From NCBI GenBank assembly GCA_964658305.1, contig OZ210885.1:11036001-11100000 (forward strand): 64,000 bases of DNA, given 5' to 3'. Positions 33,211-46,200 of the stretch are shown here, one piece after another (position 1 is the stretch's first letter; each line of letters opens with the position of its first letter). A model generated the notes under the pieces. It saw nothing but the letters and a program-made list of their open reading frames with translations. It was not told the DNA's origin and searched no databases. Origin of the DNA: Leptogorgia sarmentosa (taxonomy: Eukaryota). A program made the position numbers and the translations under genes.

Positions 33211-36200
33211 ACAAGTATCTCTTGTATTATATACTTCATATTAAAGTTTGGGTTGTTTGCTGCTTTCTAGTGATTGCACTGCTTTGAAGTCTCATTGTGA
33301 CTCCCTAGTGACGTAACTAATGATGAAATAGAATTTAAAAATTAAACGAGACTTACCTGAAAGTGTAAGGTGAAGTTTGATTGTAATTCTATGAATTATT
33401 AGTAAGGAACTAGGGAGTCACCCACCCTGTGTAACGCAGATTATTCGTTACATTTCACCCTCCCTTGGAGGTTGCAATCACTATTACCGCTTCAAAGACT
33501 GATGGCTTGATCTGCGCGCGCATATCTCATTCTGACTCCCTAGTTCCTTACTAACAATTCATAGAATTACAATCAAACTTCACCTTACACTTTCAGGTAA
33601 GTCTCGTTTAATTTTTAAATTTTCTTGAACGAAAATTCACATGTTTTGCTACTCGCTATCTATCGAGGAATAGATAGCGAGTAGTGTAGCCAATCAAATT
33701 GCAGCATTTGCAATAGTATACGAGTATGATTCTACTAAATAAAATTAGTTCACACACAATTAGTTCATGATCTAACGCTCACCTTCAAGCAGGGGACGTT
33801 TTTAACAACACGGTTGTCAAGGTGACGATGATGTGAAGGAAATTAATATTCTATTCTGAACAGTTGTTGTTCATTCGTTAGGTTTTTGGGCAATAAAAAT
33901 AACGAGCATTTACGGTACTTGCATGCTATCTGTCAAATATTCTTAATCTTGCAATAATTAAAAATGAAGTTTTATAGTATGAGATGTTTTCTGAAGATAT
34001 AATATAGTTTTTCAATGAAATTTACACTACCAGTATTGAAGTTTGCTTGCGTATGAATTTAAAGGCCTCGTCGAAATCTAATCATAATTAAGAGCAGGAA
34101 ATTTGGGATACAGACTGTAAATTATCAATTACAATGCAATTAAGGTCCGTCTGCGTGTTGTTTGGCTCTCTGGTCATTGCATGTTCAAATCTGAATAAGC
34201 TCAGTTCAATTTAGGATTTTCAGTAAATCGTGCCACGTAGCGCTGTATTTCTAATGCACGACATGCCAATGACTGAACATTCGCCGGAGTCATACGTCTC
34301 CCTGATATAATAACCCCAAGAATACACTGCAGATAGTCATGAAAAGCTTTTTATAGCATTCAATAAATATAATTAATGATTCATGATCCCGACCTTTTCA
34401 GATCAAAACGTTTGAAATGATATCTAGTTATAGGAGTATCTTGTCTGAACTGAAAATTGAAGTCTACAACACTACAACTTACAAACAAACGCTTTTGCAT
34501 GACGAATTGCTTAGATAAACTAAGTGGTGTCAGGTGTGTGAGGAGTTTATTATGTGCTCACGAAATCACAGATAAAGTAAGAGAGACATAATCCAAGTGC
34601 ACGTACAATAAAGACAATAAAGATAATAAATATAACTGATAGCACAATTTACATGGTTTTTTTCGGCGCTCATTTCAGGCTAAAGTTTATGCAAATTTGG
34701 GTAAATCTTTTAAAATACAATATGAAACTGCACTACGGTCGTTGTGAAACATTCAAGATCGTTAAGGTCACAAAGACATTGTCAACATGCGTTTGCATGT
34801 AGAATATTTTATATATGTTTCAACTCTGATTCCAATGAAGCAATGAATTACTTGCTTTCTATGAGGTGACAGTTGATCAGTACTAAAACAATACGCAGAT
34901 TCGAATTTTCGAACTAAGGCTCTTAGTCGAACTTTTGCTAAAATACAATCCTTGGTGAGTGGATTTTCCGGCGCTCTTGATATTCGTCAGACTATACCTA
35001 AACTAGGAGTTACTATCGCAAGAAAAGTGCTGCCGTAGCGAACAAACTTTAAAATCCCGGGTTGGTTATATAATAGAATACCTGTCCAAAATCAAAAAAA
35101 TCACGCATGTAATATATCCGAGTTTTTAAAAAGCCTGGGCAAGATACATTTTTTTATTAACGATCACAGGAAGTGAAATGTGATACCCGAGTGTTCAGAA
35201 AGCACGCGCTTGACAGCCTTCGTCATACGATCATACAAAGTGATTAAGTTTACCACGTTTATGTCTCGTTCGTTAAAAGACAATCGCAAGCTCAACATAA
35301 TAATTCAAAATGCGATTCGATACGCATATTGTGTTTATGTCTCATACAGCACGCTAGTTAGGGTGAAGGTTTACTGTTACGGTTAGTGTTCACTATACTA
35401 TTAGTAATGGTATAGTAAACACTAGCAATATATAGTTGGGTAGCAATATGTCTGCGAGACTGCGTGCGCAGATACGAAAATATTGTTTGATTCCTCCACC
35501 CAATTACGACAATCGGAAGAAAGGGCAGACACCAGGGGCCGGTTCACGGTTGTATCAAAGGCGTCAGGCGTCGAAAATATCCAACGAAATTATGAAGTCT
35601 TGACTACAAGGAGACTAAACTTTTCTGTGTAAACATAACAACTGTGCATAGAGATAGAACTACACATTAATTAGTTGATAAAATTTAAATTCAATTATCT
35701 ACAAAATGAATAGAAGTGTTTTTAAAATTTTGGTTATCCACCGTTTAAAAGCTAAACGTCTTTGATACAACCGGCCGAACGCGAGCACATGGATTATGAA
35801 ATCGATGAGCAAAAACATGCGCGCGCAGCACAAATTATTGTTCGACCGCACCCCACATTTTCTAAAATGACCTGGAGGTTGCGAAATTCCCCCGGAAAAT
35901 TATCATCCGGACAGACACAAATCGAGATTTCGACTATACATAGTTCCGCGCAAAAGACTGGGTCGAGTGAACTCTGGGGAATCCTTGTGACGTCAAGAAT
36001 AGTGTGCTGCCTCGCTGGCGCTCGGCAGCAATTAAACGATGAACTCCGACAAAAGGCGTTCGCTCCAAATATTGAAACTTATTAATGGCAAATTAATAAT
36101 GGCAATTTAGGTAGTGAGCAAAACCCTTTCTGGAGTTTGCTGTTGTGATCCGCTACCTGCACTGGCGCGCCGCATATTGAATATTTCCTTACACACTACT

Positions 36201-37847
36201 CGGAAAAAATAATTCAGTGACAATAAATTTGATGAATTCTACTCACCACAAGACATTCTGTGTATAAACTACATGAAGCTGAAGCAAGTTGCTGTTTAAG
36301 CTTCGGGAATATTGTTGCAAAGTGCAAAGTAATGCATGTTGGGTTTCATGCAACAAAACAGTACATTGAAATGATTTCTGTCACAATAATAAGACGTCTG
36401 AACGACCAATACAACCTACCCTATGACGTAAAATACCAAAATGTTTTTCGCCTGACATGAGTTCGTAACTTTAGCTACACTAGCGCACAATGCAACTCAA
36501 CTTATTTTTAATCCGTCATGAATTTAAAATCGTTCGGTTTTATTTTCCCTCTTCTTAGGAAATATAATTATCATATGAATGGAAAATTAAAGACAGTTCG
36601 TTTATTAAATTTCGCAAAGATTATGGCAGTTAAATACCCATCACAGTGAAGTAGATGTTACCGTGATTTTCAGGCATAGGTCATGCGGGAAAGAGTTTGG
36701 TAGATATACGCGCGACAATTTTAAAACTAAAGCACATATATCTTACATTCCTTTAAACAACCCCATAGTTCGTTTACTTGCATGCTGTCAGTCAATTTAA
36801 TCTCAGTCTTTGTTTTATGGTAGACGCAACCTATAAAATGTTACAGACTGAAATGTTGCCAATCATATACTATTGCATATTCTTTCTCAAATAAAATTAG
36901 GATTTCACATTCAATGCATTATTTTCAATCAGCAATTCAATCCATCCAGATTGAAATCAAAATCAAAATGGACTCAACCCAGAATGAGTTGAAACTCAAT
37001 TCAGATTGATGTAGTCAAATCTAATCCAATCCCTTATTAGCCTTATGATTTCAAAACACACATGAAATATGTAGATCTGATCTAAATCTGAGGTAAAAAC
37101 ACGCTAAATTCAATTGTGACACTTGCAATTTGCAGTGAAATAGGGTTAGAGTTTCTATATCATTTATTAATGTATGTCTGAACACAGCTTGGCTTAGTCA
37201 CTGCCAAGAAATTTGTATGGAATGGGCTGGAATGCCTTAGAGAAGCTGTAGGAAAAATCATTAATGAACGGGACAAAATTAGCCACTGAATTCACCAAAG
37301 TGTACAGTATATATTGTTATGAGCACCCTGTCTATTGAGAAGGTGAATTTTGATAGACTTCTATCAGCAAACGTAATTGCTGATATTATTTCACTAATAT
37401 TAAATCATGATTGTAACCTTGTCATATGAAATGCAGCTATAAATATTTGTAAGCAAATCTTGCTTAGTAAGCCATATTCCCCTCGTGAGCAATTTCTATT
37501 AGCATTAGTAATATCAGTATTAAAAAATTCCGTGTTAACAGAGCGAAAACTTTTAGGTTTTGGTGGAGTTTTCAGCAAATAAATCTGATAGGGACATAAA
37601 CTCGCTTGAAATGGCGATCAATACAATCATGTATGGCAAAATATAAACGTAGGTACAGCATGAAGATTTAGCTTCCGGCTTTGGTCTTTCGCAGTTCGTT
37701 CATTATTTCGAGCATATTATACCTATTTGTAACCTTATTAAGGGTGAATATATTTGTTTCGTCATTTGTGTCGTTCATGCCTAACGTATTTTCCTTTCAA
37801 CGGGTATATTGCTTTCCTAACACACGACATCTTCGCAGCTCTGTGAC

Positions 37848-38073
37848 GGGAAATCCTACGGGAATTTCTTTGGTTTACTAGACATTTAAATCAAACTCAC
37901 CTCGTTGGTTATTCCCTGCCCCGCTTTCAATTATTCGTCAATGTAGTATGATTGCGATTATGTTGACAGAGAACGAAATCCATGAAACTCACTGCTACAA
38001 TAAAGCACAGAGTGGCTAAAATATTAAAACTCTGAGTGTAATCAGAACATGGCTTGAGAAAAGGGGAAATCCC
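37848..38073. promoter_or_regulatory. Cluster of NF-kappaB-like sites around a candidate 5' UTR exon donor
   Basis: GGGAAATCCC (38064-38073, full GGGRNWYYCC match), GGGAAATCCT (37848) and GGGAATTTCT (37860). Minus-strand donor GAG|gtgagt at 37901/37900. Confidence 0.35.
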
Positions 38074-38983
38074 TTTCAATTTCCGGCAGATTAAAATTCA
38101 GCCTGCGAGAACTTGAGAATGCCTTGGAAAATAGTTTTAAAATTCCTTGAATTTTCCTTTAGTTTCTATCAATATGTCACTTCGATTTCTCTATCGTGCT
38201 ACCATCAGACGTGAAAGTCAAACATATTTTATAACCATATTGTATACAAAGAGAAAATGACGGTAACACATCTATCTAAGGCTTAAAATGTCGTTTGTGA
38301 AATTCAGGTAGAGTTATGACTTTTGCTGCCTTTATTTCACTAAATACATCACAGTTGCCCACATTTCACTAAGACTTCTGCTCTAAAATATAATCTTGGA
38401 GGCTCAAAATGAAAGTGGAGATTAATCACAGTCTACGTAGCCAAGAGCTATGCGATACTACCCCCATTACAATCTCTAAATTTTTATCCTAACTACAGCG
38501 CGCAACTTAAACTTCACCTGATATACCAGAATATGATTTTTAATTTCTGCACATTCACTGCGGATCAATATAGATAGTATCGTGCAAAATATAACGCGAA
38601 ACCTGCTCAGCATAAGCAATTTTGCGTGCCACTCTTGATCGGTAATCCCTTCGATTTGTAAGCGTGGATTATACGAACTGACGAACAGTCTTCCTATATT
38701 CTTAGCCCCATTTACACGACAAGAATTTTGGCACGGCCTGCTTAAATTTCGGTCCGCGGGCCCATTTTTTTGAGCACGGTACTCGTAATTTTTGTAATGT
38801 AAACGCAAAATTACGACTAACCGGGCCCAAAATTTTACGCGGGCCGAGACCGCTCAAATAGGTGGTCTCGGCCCGTATAAACAGCGGTACGGTCCCAAAA
38901 TATTGCGACTTCAGCAATTTTAGCACTTTAATTTATGCGGGAAATATAATTATTTTGGCGGGAAAGGCAAAGGAGTGAAGAAC

Positions 38984-41011
38984 ATGGCGTCGAAGACACG
39001 AGGGAAAGTTTGGTCGGAAAACGAAACTAAGCATCTTTTGACTTGCTGGTCTGAAGAAACAGTTCAAATTGCATTAGATAATTCTAAATGCACCAAGGAT
39101 ACCAATCGTGTGTATCGAAATTTGCTGGTAAGAAGTTTAAGAACCTTTTTCCTATCATTTTTGCCTGACATATGATATGCAAGAATATCAGATTTCATAT
39201 TTATAGTAAACACTGCCGGTCAGTATCTCATTGGGTCTGTATCTGCTCATGAATATTTTATGATATTTTTCACCATAGATACATGATACGTTAGGTTACT
39301 GTTTTAATTCTGCTTTGGTATTACTTTGTTAATGTTAATATAATAAGTTGTGAAATCAATAAACTTATAAATATGACTGCATTAATACAAGAAAAAAAAA
39401 AATGTCCCATAAATAGGATCCAAAATATCTGTGAATTCCAATCTAGATACAGTGTACTGTAATAAAATACCCTGAATCCATGTAACACACATTTACATGT
39501 ACATATTGGTATTTTTAATGTAGGTGCAAATGCAAGAGAAAGGATTCCAGGACCTAACACTGGAACAAATTGTGAATAAAATGAAAAAGTTACGCCAAAA
39601 ATATAAGACCGAGAAAGACAAAACCAGGAAGTCTGGTAATGGTGCAAAAAAGAAGTGGAAATACTTTGATCAAATTGACAGGTTTATGTCTCAGAAACAT
39701 AATGTCACACCACTGGCCATAATCGACACAATGGATCAATCGGATGAAGATAATGAATTGGGTATATTTTACATTTATATATTGTTGGACTAGTCTAGCT
39801 CCCCTCCAGCATCTCTTTGTGTCATCATTATTTAAAACTTTAACACAAAGAACAGCTGTGAGAATGACTAGTTTTGGGCTTGAAAAATATGATTTGAGAG
39901 GATTTGCTGTATGGAATATCTGCATTTGTGCTATAATTTGCATTATTTTCTAATGACTAAATAAATTTTTTATCATTGATTTTGTTTTGTTAGTTGAAAG
40001 CTTGGTGGACAAGTATGCGCAAGGCAAAAAGTCTGTCCGAAAATGCCAAACTTGTGACCATGAGCAAGTAATTCATACAGGTGGTGTACATGTTACAGAA
40101 GGTGGTTCTCTCAAGGTCTATGATGAAGAGGACATGTTTTCATGTCCAAACTGTGGCTTAGAAACTAGTGTGGGAGATGTAGGAGCTGACCGTAAGTAAA
40201 CAGTTCTTCTTTTAATCATGCCATGTAAGTCAATTTCCATATATAACCACATTACATTGAAGTAGTTTGTTTGATAAACAAGTAAAGTATTTGACATTTA
40301 TTTTTGTCTTCAGATGCAGAACGAGATGGGGATGATAATAATGTGAAAGTTAATGTGGAGGATGAAGATAATGAAAAGAATGAAAAAATTGAAAGTAAGG
40401 AAGATGAGGAAAAGAGTGGGGCAAAGGACAAAGAAAATGGAGCTCAGGAAAAAGATGGGAAAAAGGGTATGCCTAAATTGCATATGCTTGGTTCTAAAAA
40501 GAGAAAAAGTGGTGTGGAGAAGAGTTTAGAGTTGGTCTTCGACAAGTTTAAACAGGCCAATAGTGAGGATTTTGAAAGGTAACATACGGTTACGTCCTTT
40601 AAATTTGTAACAGTAATTTGAGGTTGAATCATTGAATTGATACTCCAAAATGTAATATATAGGTTTTTAAATTATACTTATGTCAAGTACAACAATTCTC
40701 CATGATGTGTAGCTTATTTTCTAGTAATGGTTGGTTTTAGATACAGAAAAATAGAGGAAATGCGGCTTGAAAAGGAACATAAATTCCTAAGAGAACAAGC
40801 AATTTTGGAATCTGAACGTAGAAAACAAGAAAGGGAACACGAACTCAAAATGCTGAGTATCATGATGGGACACAATGGTCATATTAATCAGCACGCGGTC
40901 CATGCCCACAATTTGCATGGTACAAATGCTGTTTACCACGTAAACCCTTGCCATCCTATCCAACAGCATGACATTGTCACAGATCAAGACCAGACATTCT
41001 TTCAGTTCTAA
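38984..41011 (+). CDS. Harbinger Myb/SANT-like (trihelix) DNA-binding protein, 371 aa, 5 exons
   Basis: Exons 38984-39127, 39524-39761, 39994-40191, 40314-40578 and 40741-41011 total 1116 nt with matching phases. WSENETKHLLTCW..QIVNKMKKLRQKYK..WKYFDQID, then an acidic region and a coiled coil EQAILESERRKQEREHELKML. Confidence 0.85.
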
Positions 41012-41357
41012 CTTATCCATATTTGGTTATATGGATATGTTCTGTGATGCTGTTAGTACACCATGCAATTTGTGTTACTATTCAAATTATTCTTTAAAAT
41101 TGCCGAGATTGACAATTGCAAATTGTTTGGAGTCATGAGCGATATAGATTTGAAATACAGCGTCTTTACGCTTTGTTGTTCATTTGTTTAAAAGTCGGAT
41201 TTTACTGTTCATATTTTATTCAAATAGGAAATATGTTAAATACTATAAAGAAAGTTTAATTACAGTAGCTGTTATAACGGGGTTGTTAGTAAAATCGTCA
41301 TCATCATCTGTTGTGGTATTTTGGATAAGAATTGAAGATCATTTACCAACACATATA

Positions 41358-41608
41358 CAGGGTGTCCCCAAAAAAAGGTGATCTCTATAGAAATCAGCTA
41401 TTTTGTTGTCAGACGTGTGTTGTTATGCCTTTGAGAATATAATTGAATGATTCATGAACGACAGAAGTATTTATAACAGCCACTGATAACAGCCCGCGCT
41501 TTTGTTGCTGTTCGTCAGAAGCTAATTTAAATTTCCAGAGGTGCAAGAAACCGAGATTAACAACAAAAGAGTGATTTCTATAGAGGTCACTTTTTTTGGG
41601 ACACCCTG
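41358..41608. mobile_element. Tc1/mariner-type MITE inserted between the Harbinger genes
   Basis: ta|cagggtgtccccaaaaaaag..tttttttgggacaccctg|ta. Confidence 0.85.
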
Positions 41609-41727
41609 TACATCATATTTATGGATGTTATTAAATGCTGTTGGTCATTGCCATGCACCTATTATCTCATCAGTATTGATTAACGTTGTAACTATAGGAA
41701 AACGTATCTGTGTACACAGTACAGTTC

Positions 41728-42987
41728 CTATGGTGAAAAAAAATTTGTTAATACATCACGGATATCATGGGCGTCATGTGGAAATATGTTATCCTCATCG
41801 ATTTCGTCCGCGACGACCTCTTGGAGGACTTCATTTTCTTGATCCCAAAGTGCGACGTAGTCATTCTTCTGAAGCTCACATATGTTGTGCAAAATACAAG
41901 ATGCGTATGTCACATTCACTAATTTTGATACTTCCATGTCAACTCTTTTGGAGAATCGAATAAATCTTCCTTTCCATCTGCCAAAAGTGTTTTCTACTGT
42001 CACCCTGGCACGGCTTAGGCGATAGTTAAATACCCGTTCACGCCTGGGTGCATTGTTGTCATTCGGATAACCTTTGAGGACCCATGGCAGGAGTGGATAT
42101 GCTGGATCGGCTACAATGAATGGCGGGATTTCTTCCCCATTTATTTCCTTTGTTAGCTCACTTGGAAAAAGTTTTCCCTGGTTTCCTTTCTTGAAAATTG
42201 CCGAGTTGGAAAAAACGCGTGCATCGTGAACACTCCCCGGCCACCCAATCACGACATCTCTGTAAAGGTAATTGCAATCGACGACAGCCTGCAATAGGAT
42301 GCTATGGTAACCTTTTCGATTAACATACTGTGCATGGCTCTCCGACGGTGCAAGGATTGGAATGTGTGTTCCATCAATAGCACCTGCACACATTGGAAAA
42401 CCCCATGTTTTCTCGTAGCCCTCAATCACCTCCAGGAGTTGGTTTCCTTTTGGGAAATTGATAAATTTGGCCAATCGTTTAGTAATAGCATGGCACACGG
42501 CCCTCACACATAGACAGACAAATGATGTAGAGACTCCAAAAAGGTTGCCGATTGTTCTGTACTCTGCGGTAGAAGCCAAAAAATACAAGGTGAGAGCCAA
42601 TCGTCGTTTGGGTGGAATTGCTGAACGCATAGCTGTGTCAGAACGATAGATATCGTTTCGTATCATGTTTAGGAGAAATTCGAACGTTGTTTTCGTTACT
42701 CTAAAATTATTGTACCATAATTCATCATCGTATGCTTGCTCGACCATTTCTATCCATAGGAACGTTCTCGGATGGCTCCATAACAAGCGGTTTCGTGGGC
42801 GACACAAAGCTGCCAGGACAGCTTCAGCAAAAGCTATTCTTCGCCGTTTTTTAATCCAGTTTGGCAGGGTAACAGTAGTGTTATTTCTTACTAATGAAAT
42901 ATTTTTCTTAATTTTTTTACTTCTTCGAATATACCATCTAATAATCATTTGCCTTAGCAGCTTCGAGCTGTTGATGTTAGCCGCCAT
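41728..42987 (-). CDS. Harbinger DDE transposase (HARBI1-like nuclease family), 419 aa
   Basis: Uninterrupted ORF with NFRVTKTTF, GAIDGTHIP, NRKGYHS, WPGSVHDARV, ADPAY, FNYRLSRARVTVENTFG and CILHN. Confidence 0.95.
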   Translation of the reverse strand: MAANINSSKLLRQMIIRWYIRRSKKIKKNISLVRNNTTVTLPNWIKKRRRIAFAEAVLAALCRPRNRLLWSHPRTFLWIEMVEQAYDDELWYNNFRVTKTTFEFLLNMIRNDIYRSDTAMRSAIPPKRRLALTLYFLASTAEYRTIGNLFGVSTSFVCLCVRAVCHAITKRLAKFINFPKGNQLLEVIEGYEKTWGFPMCAGAIDGTHIPILAPSESHAQYVNRKGYHSILLQAVVDCNYLYRDVVIGWPGSVHDARVFSNSAIFKKGNQGKLFPSELTKEINGEEIPPFIVADPAYPLLPWVLKGYPNDNNAPRRERVFNYRLSRARVTVENTFGRWKGRFIRFSKRVDMEVSKLVNVTYASCILHNICELQKNDYVALWDQENEVLQEVVADEIDEDNIFPHDAHDIRDVLTNFFSP

Positions 42988-43230
42988 GTTTAAATTTCGC
43001 GCAAAAAACTAATTGATACACGGTGAACCGCTGGCACTTGTACTGTGGGCCCTAGGGTGCCGAAAAAGGAAAACAGGGGTCCGGGGTACTCGCCATAAAT
43101 TTATGGCCCGGTATCGAAACACAATAATTGTCGTGTAAACGGACGTTAGCGGGCCAAAAAAACTGGCCCACGGACCAAAATTTAAGCAGGCCGTGCCAAA
43201 AATTCTTGTCGTGTAAATGGGACTCTTGTT

Positions 43231-46200
43231 AGCATATTATAACCCAGCAAAAAATTGAGAAAGCTACAGCCCACTCTGCAGGGCCATGGGCTCTGCTGCG
43301 CTTGTAGAAAATAGTTCGAATTTCTCGTATGATATTTTTAAAGACTTTGTATTCTACTCTACATTGCAAAGGCATAGGAAAATATCCGCGAGTACACGCA
43401 GTCTGCATTCCGCAGTAATCGCATTGGCCGAGTCAAGCTAGGAATGTTACATTTCGATCGAAATATTTTTAATACAGCAAATATCGTTTTATGTCATAAC
43501 GTACAGTCTTTACCGTGTAAAAGTACGAAACATAAAAGCGTAAAGATTTTTGTTTCATAACAATGATCTTCTGTGAATTTAATTGAGAAGAAGAAAGCGT
43601 GGTGAACCCATGAGTAAACACACTAAATTTCAATCCATCTTGATCCTGTAGGTCATATTAATTATTATTCACATTTTCTGATGCCCTACAATTTTATTTG
43701 TCAAATGGAAACCACTAATTTCTTGTTCACTCATCCTAACTTAATGTGAAACAAATTTCATACGCAGATCTTGATCGACGTATTTTTCAAGTTAAAATCC
43801 TCACTACAATATCACTTGAGTGGCAAGCTAAAACATTACATCTGGCAAATATCTGTCTCAACGCGTCTTTGCGCACAATAGCTAATCTCAATGGCTTTGA
43901 AGGTCAAGTATGCTTGATATTATTGTAGCTACGATCTTTTCAGTGATGTGAGATAAAGCAAAACAGAAAAACGATGTAATAAATGATTTGGCGATTGTAA
44001 TAAATGTAGTGGTGTCCAAAAGAATGAGGCCGTAGTTGTTATGGAAAATTCGCATTGGGAACATTTCTTTGAAGCCGCGACACATATAAAAGGAAATAAT
44101 GATATTTGATACGAATTGTGTTCATAATGTGCTAGACTGACACAGCTAGCTAGCAACCGAAATGTTTTCAATTGCATGAAGCGCATAAAACGTCTTTAAG
44201 GCAACATGAATGCTCACTCCAATAGCTGCACTTAGGGATGGAAAATAACCACTCATTCAATGTCGTCTCTATCAATCACGTTATTCATTTATAAGTGGAA
44301 CTGCTAAATCTTCTAGTCCGACTTAGCCTACCTCGAGGTTCATAAGTCCATAAAGTTCAGCATTTTTGTATCGCAGCTGATTAAACCCTGATTTACGTCT
44401 GCGTTGTGCATATTATATAAATTTATCAAATTTAAATTCATTTCTCAGTGATCCCAATTCATCATTCGAACCAACTTACAATTTCCACATTAAATACTCT
44501 CGCGGGTGTCTTAGCACACAGCCCACTTCGTTCCTTCTTGAGATGGTAACTTCGAAATAGTAAAAATATAGCATGCTGCTCAAGTTCAGTGACCTGGTCT
44601 GGCAGAAACATTATCTGTATGTACATTTACTATAAATCTGTGTATAGTAAATCTATGAATCTATAAATCAGGATCAAGACCTTGCGGTGCCGGATTTACA
44701 CGAACAAAGGCAACTGATACTTGTAGGTGAATCTGCAGATATCTCACATCATAACAGTGAGAATATTTCAGCGCATATTATGAAATTTCACACTAATAAT
44801 CAATCATTATATGAGTGCATTACATAGGAGCGATATGTAAAAATTATGTTAGGTTAACCTTTTCAGTTTTAAAACCTACAATATTGTTGCAAATACTTCC
44901 GAATCATTCTGAGTCATGTCTCGTATTGCATATTTCAATAAATATGAGTAGACCTTGTCTGTGCTTTTGCCTTGTCTTATGGTTATGCAAGCTATAACAA
45001 TAACATGTGTAGGTATAGCATTATATAACACGCTGAAACGGGAAAATATTCAATTCGAATCCATACATTTATCCATCTTAAAACAATTCATGTTTCTCGT
45101 ATTGTATAGCATATTTGAAGATCATTTTGCACCACATTCCAAAGGCATTTGCGAGTGTACACAGTCTGCATTCCACAATAATCGCGTTGGCTAATTGACA
45201 CTAGAAATATTATGTTTCTTACCTTTATTTGAGTATGTCTATCGCAACATTTTGAATAAATCTTTTCTTGTGCTATATCGTACGGACTTTACGTTCAAAG
45301 TACTAAACATAAAAGTGTAAAGACTTCGGATCCCAAATAGATAATCTTGTTTTAGTTTCAAAACGAAAGCGGAAATAAATCATTAGGCTGTACGTATGCC
45401 AAGAGCAATGCGAGAAATATTGAAACCTGACACGTTAAAAATACATGGCATGTTGCTTGAGAAACAAATAAAACTTCAATGAAGAGTATCGAAAGGGGGT
45501 TAACATACGCAGTTTAATTTCCTCACAGTTGATTATGGCCCATTTCTACTACGTACGACTTGTGTTAATTATAAATTGCATTGCACATCATTTTGGCTGC
45601 CTGTTATAATTTAGTTGGTGTAACTGTAAAATTATGACTTTAAAAACATTCAAAATTAGTAATAGATACCATATAGTGTCATAGATTAACTCGGAATAAA
45701 AATAGGTGTGGAAATCAAGCTATAAAATAGTAAACCAGAATATATCGCCAATCTCCCAAAGCCTCTCGTGAATACCTCTGGGTTACATTAGTGCATGATG
45801 AAAGTGTTTGTTGGTACTGAAGCAGATAACCTTGATTGTCAATGCTTGAATCATTAACTCCAATCCATCATGTACTTTATTATTTTACTCTGATGTCAGA
45901 TGATATTACGTACTGACCAAAAAGAAAGCGATGCTTATCAATGACTTACCCATTCAATTGAAAATACACCTTGATCAGTACTACTTTATCTTTGGACACA
46001 TTGTAATGCCAGACAATTCATATTTCATTTGACAAGCGAAAACCACTGTGTTTTTAACGAGTTAGCAAAAAAAGTCATCCAGAATGCTCAGTTAGATCAT
46101 TAAGCTGCAATATGGCCTGATACAGCCTTCTCAATCAACCAATAACTAATGGCGCAATCTTAACTCCTGAGCTAACCTTAATGCAAGCACTTGAATATTA

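Larger units (their letters stand above)
28548..33621 (+). mobile_element. DIRS1-like tyrosine-recombinase retrotransposon, both ends present but coding regions degenerate
   Basis: Non-identical ITRs (about 28551-28620 and 33498-33621) and an internal complementary region (about 33290-33420) matching both termini. Overlapping gag-like, RT-RH-MT and YR ORFs. No TSD; ATT is shared at both junctions. Confidence 0.93.
28084..33783 (+). mobile_element. MITE family C (GG..CC termini, 8-bp TSD) with tRNA-like + telomere-like core, expanded by nested insertions
   Basis: TSD ttcaagca (28076-28083, 33784-33791). Imperfect TIR ggactagtgttagatcat/atgatctaacgctcacc. Core at about 28180-28352. Confidence 0.7.
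38704..43224. mobile_element. PIF/Harbinger DNA transposon, apparently complete two-gene element
   Basis: TIR of about 60 bp, agccccatttacacgacaagaattttggcacggcctgcttaaattt.. and its reverse complement. CTT 3-bp direct repeat. Convergent Myb/SANT and DDE genes. Confidence 0.93.
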
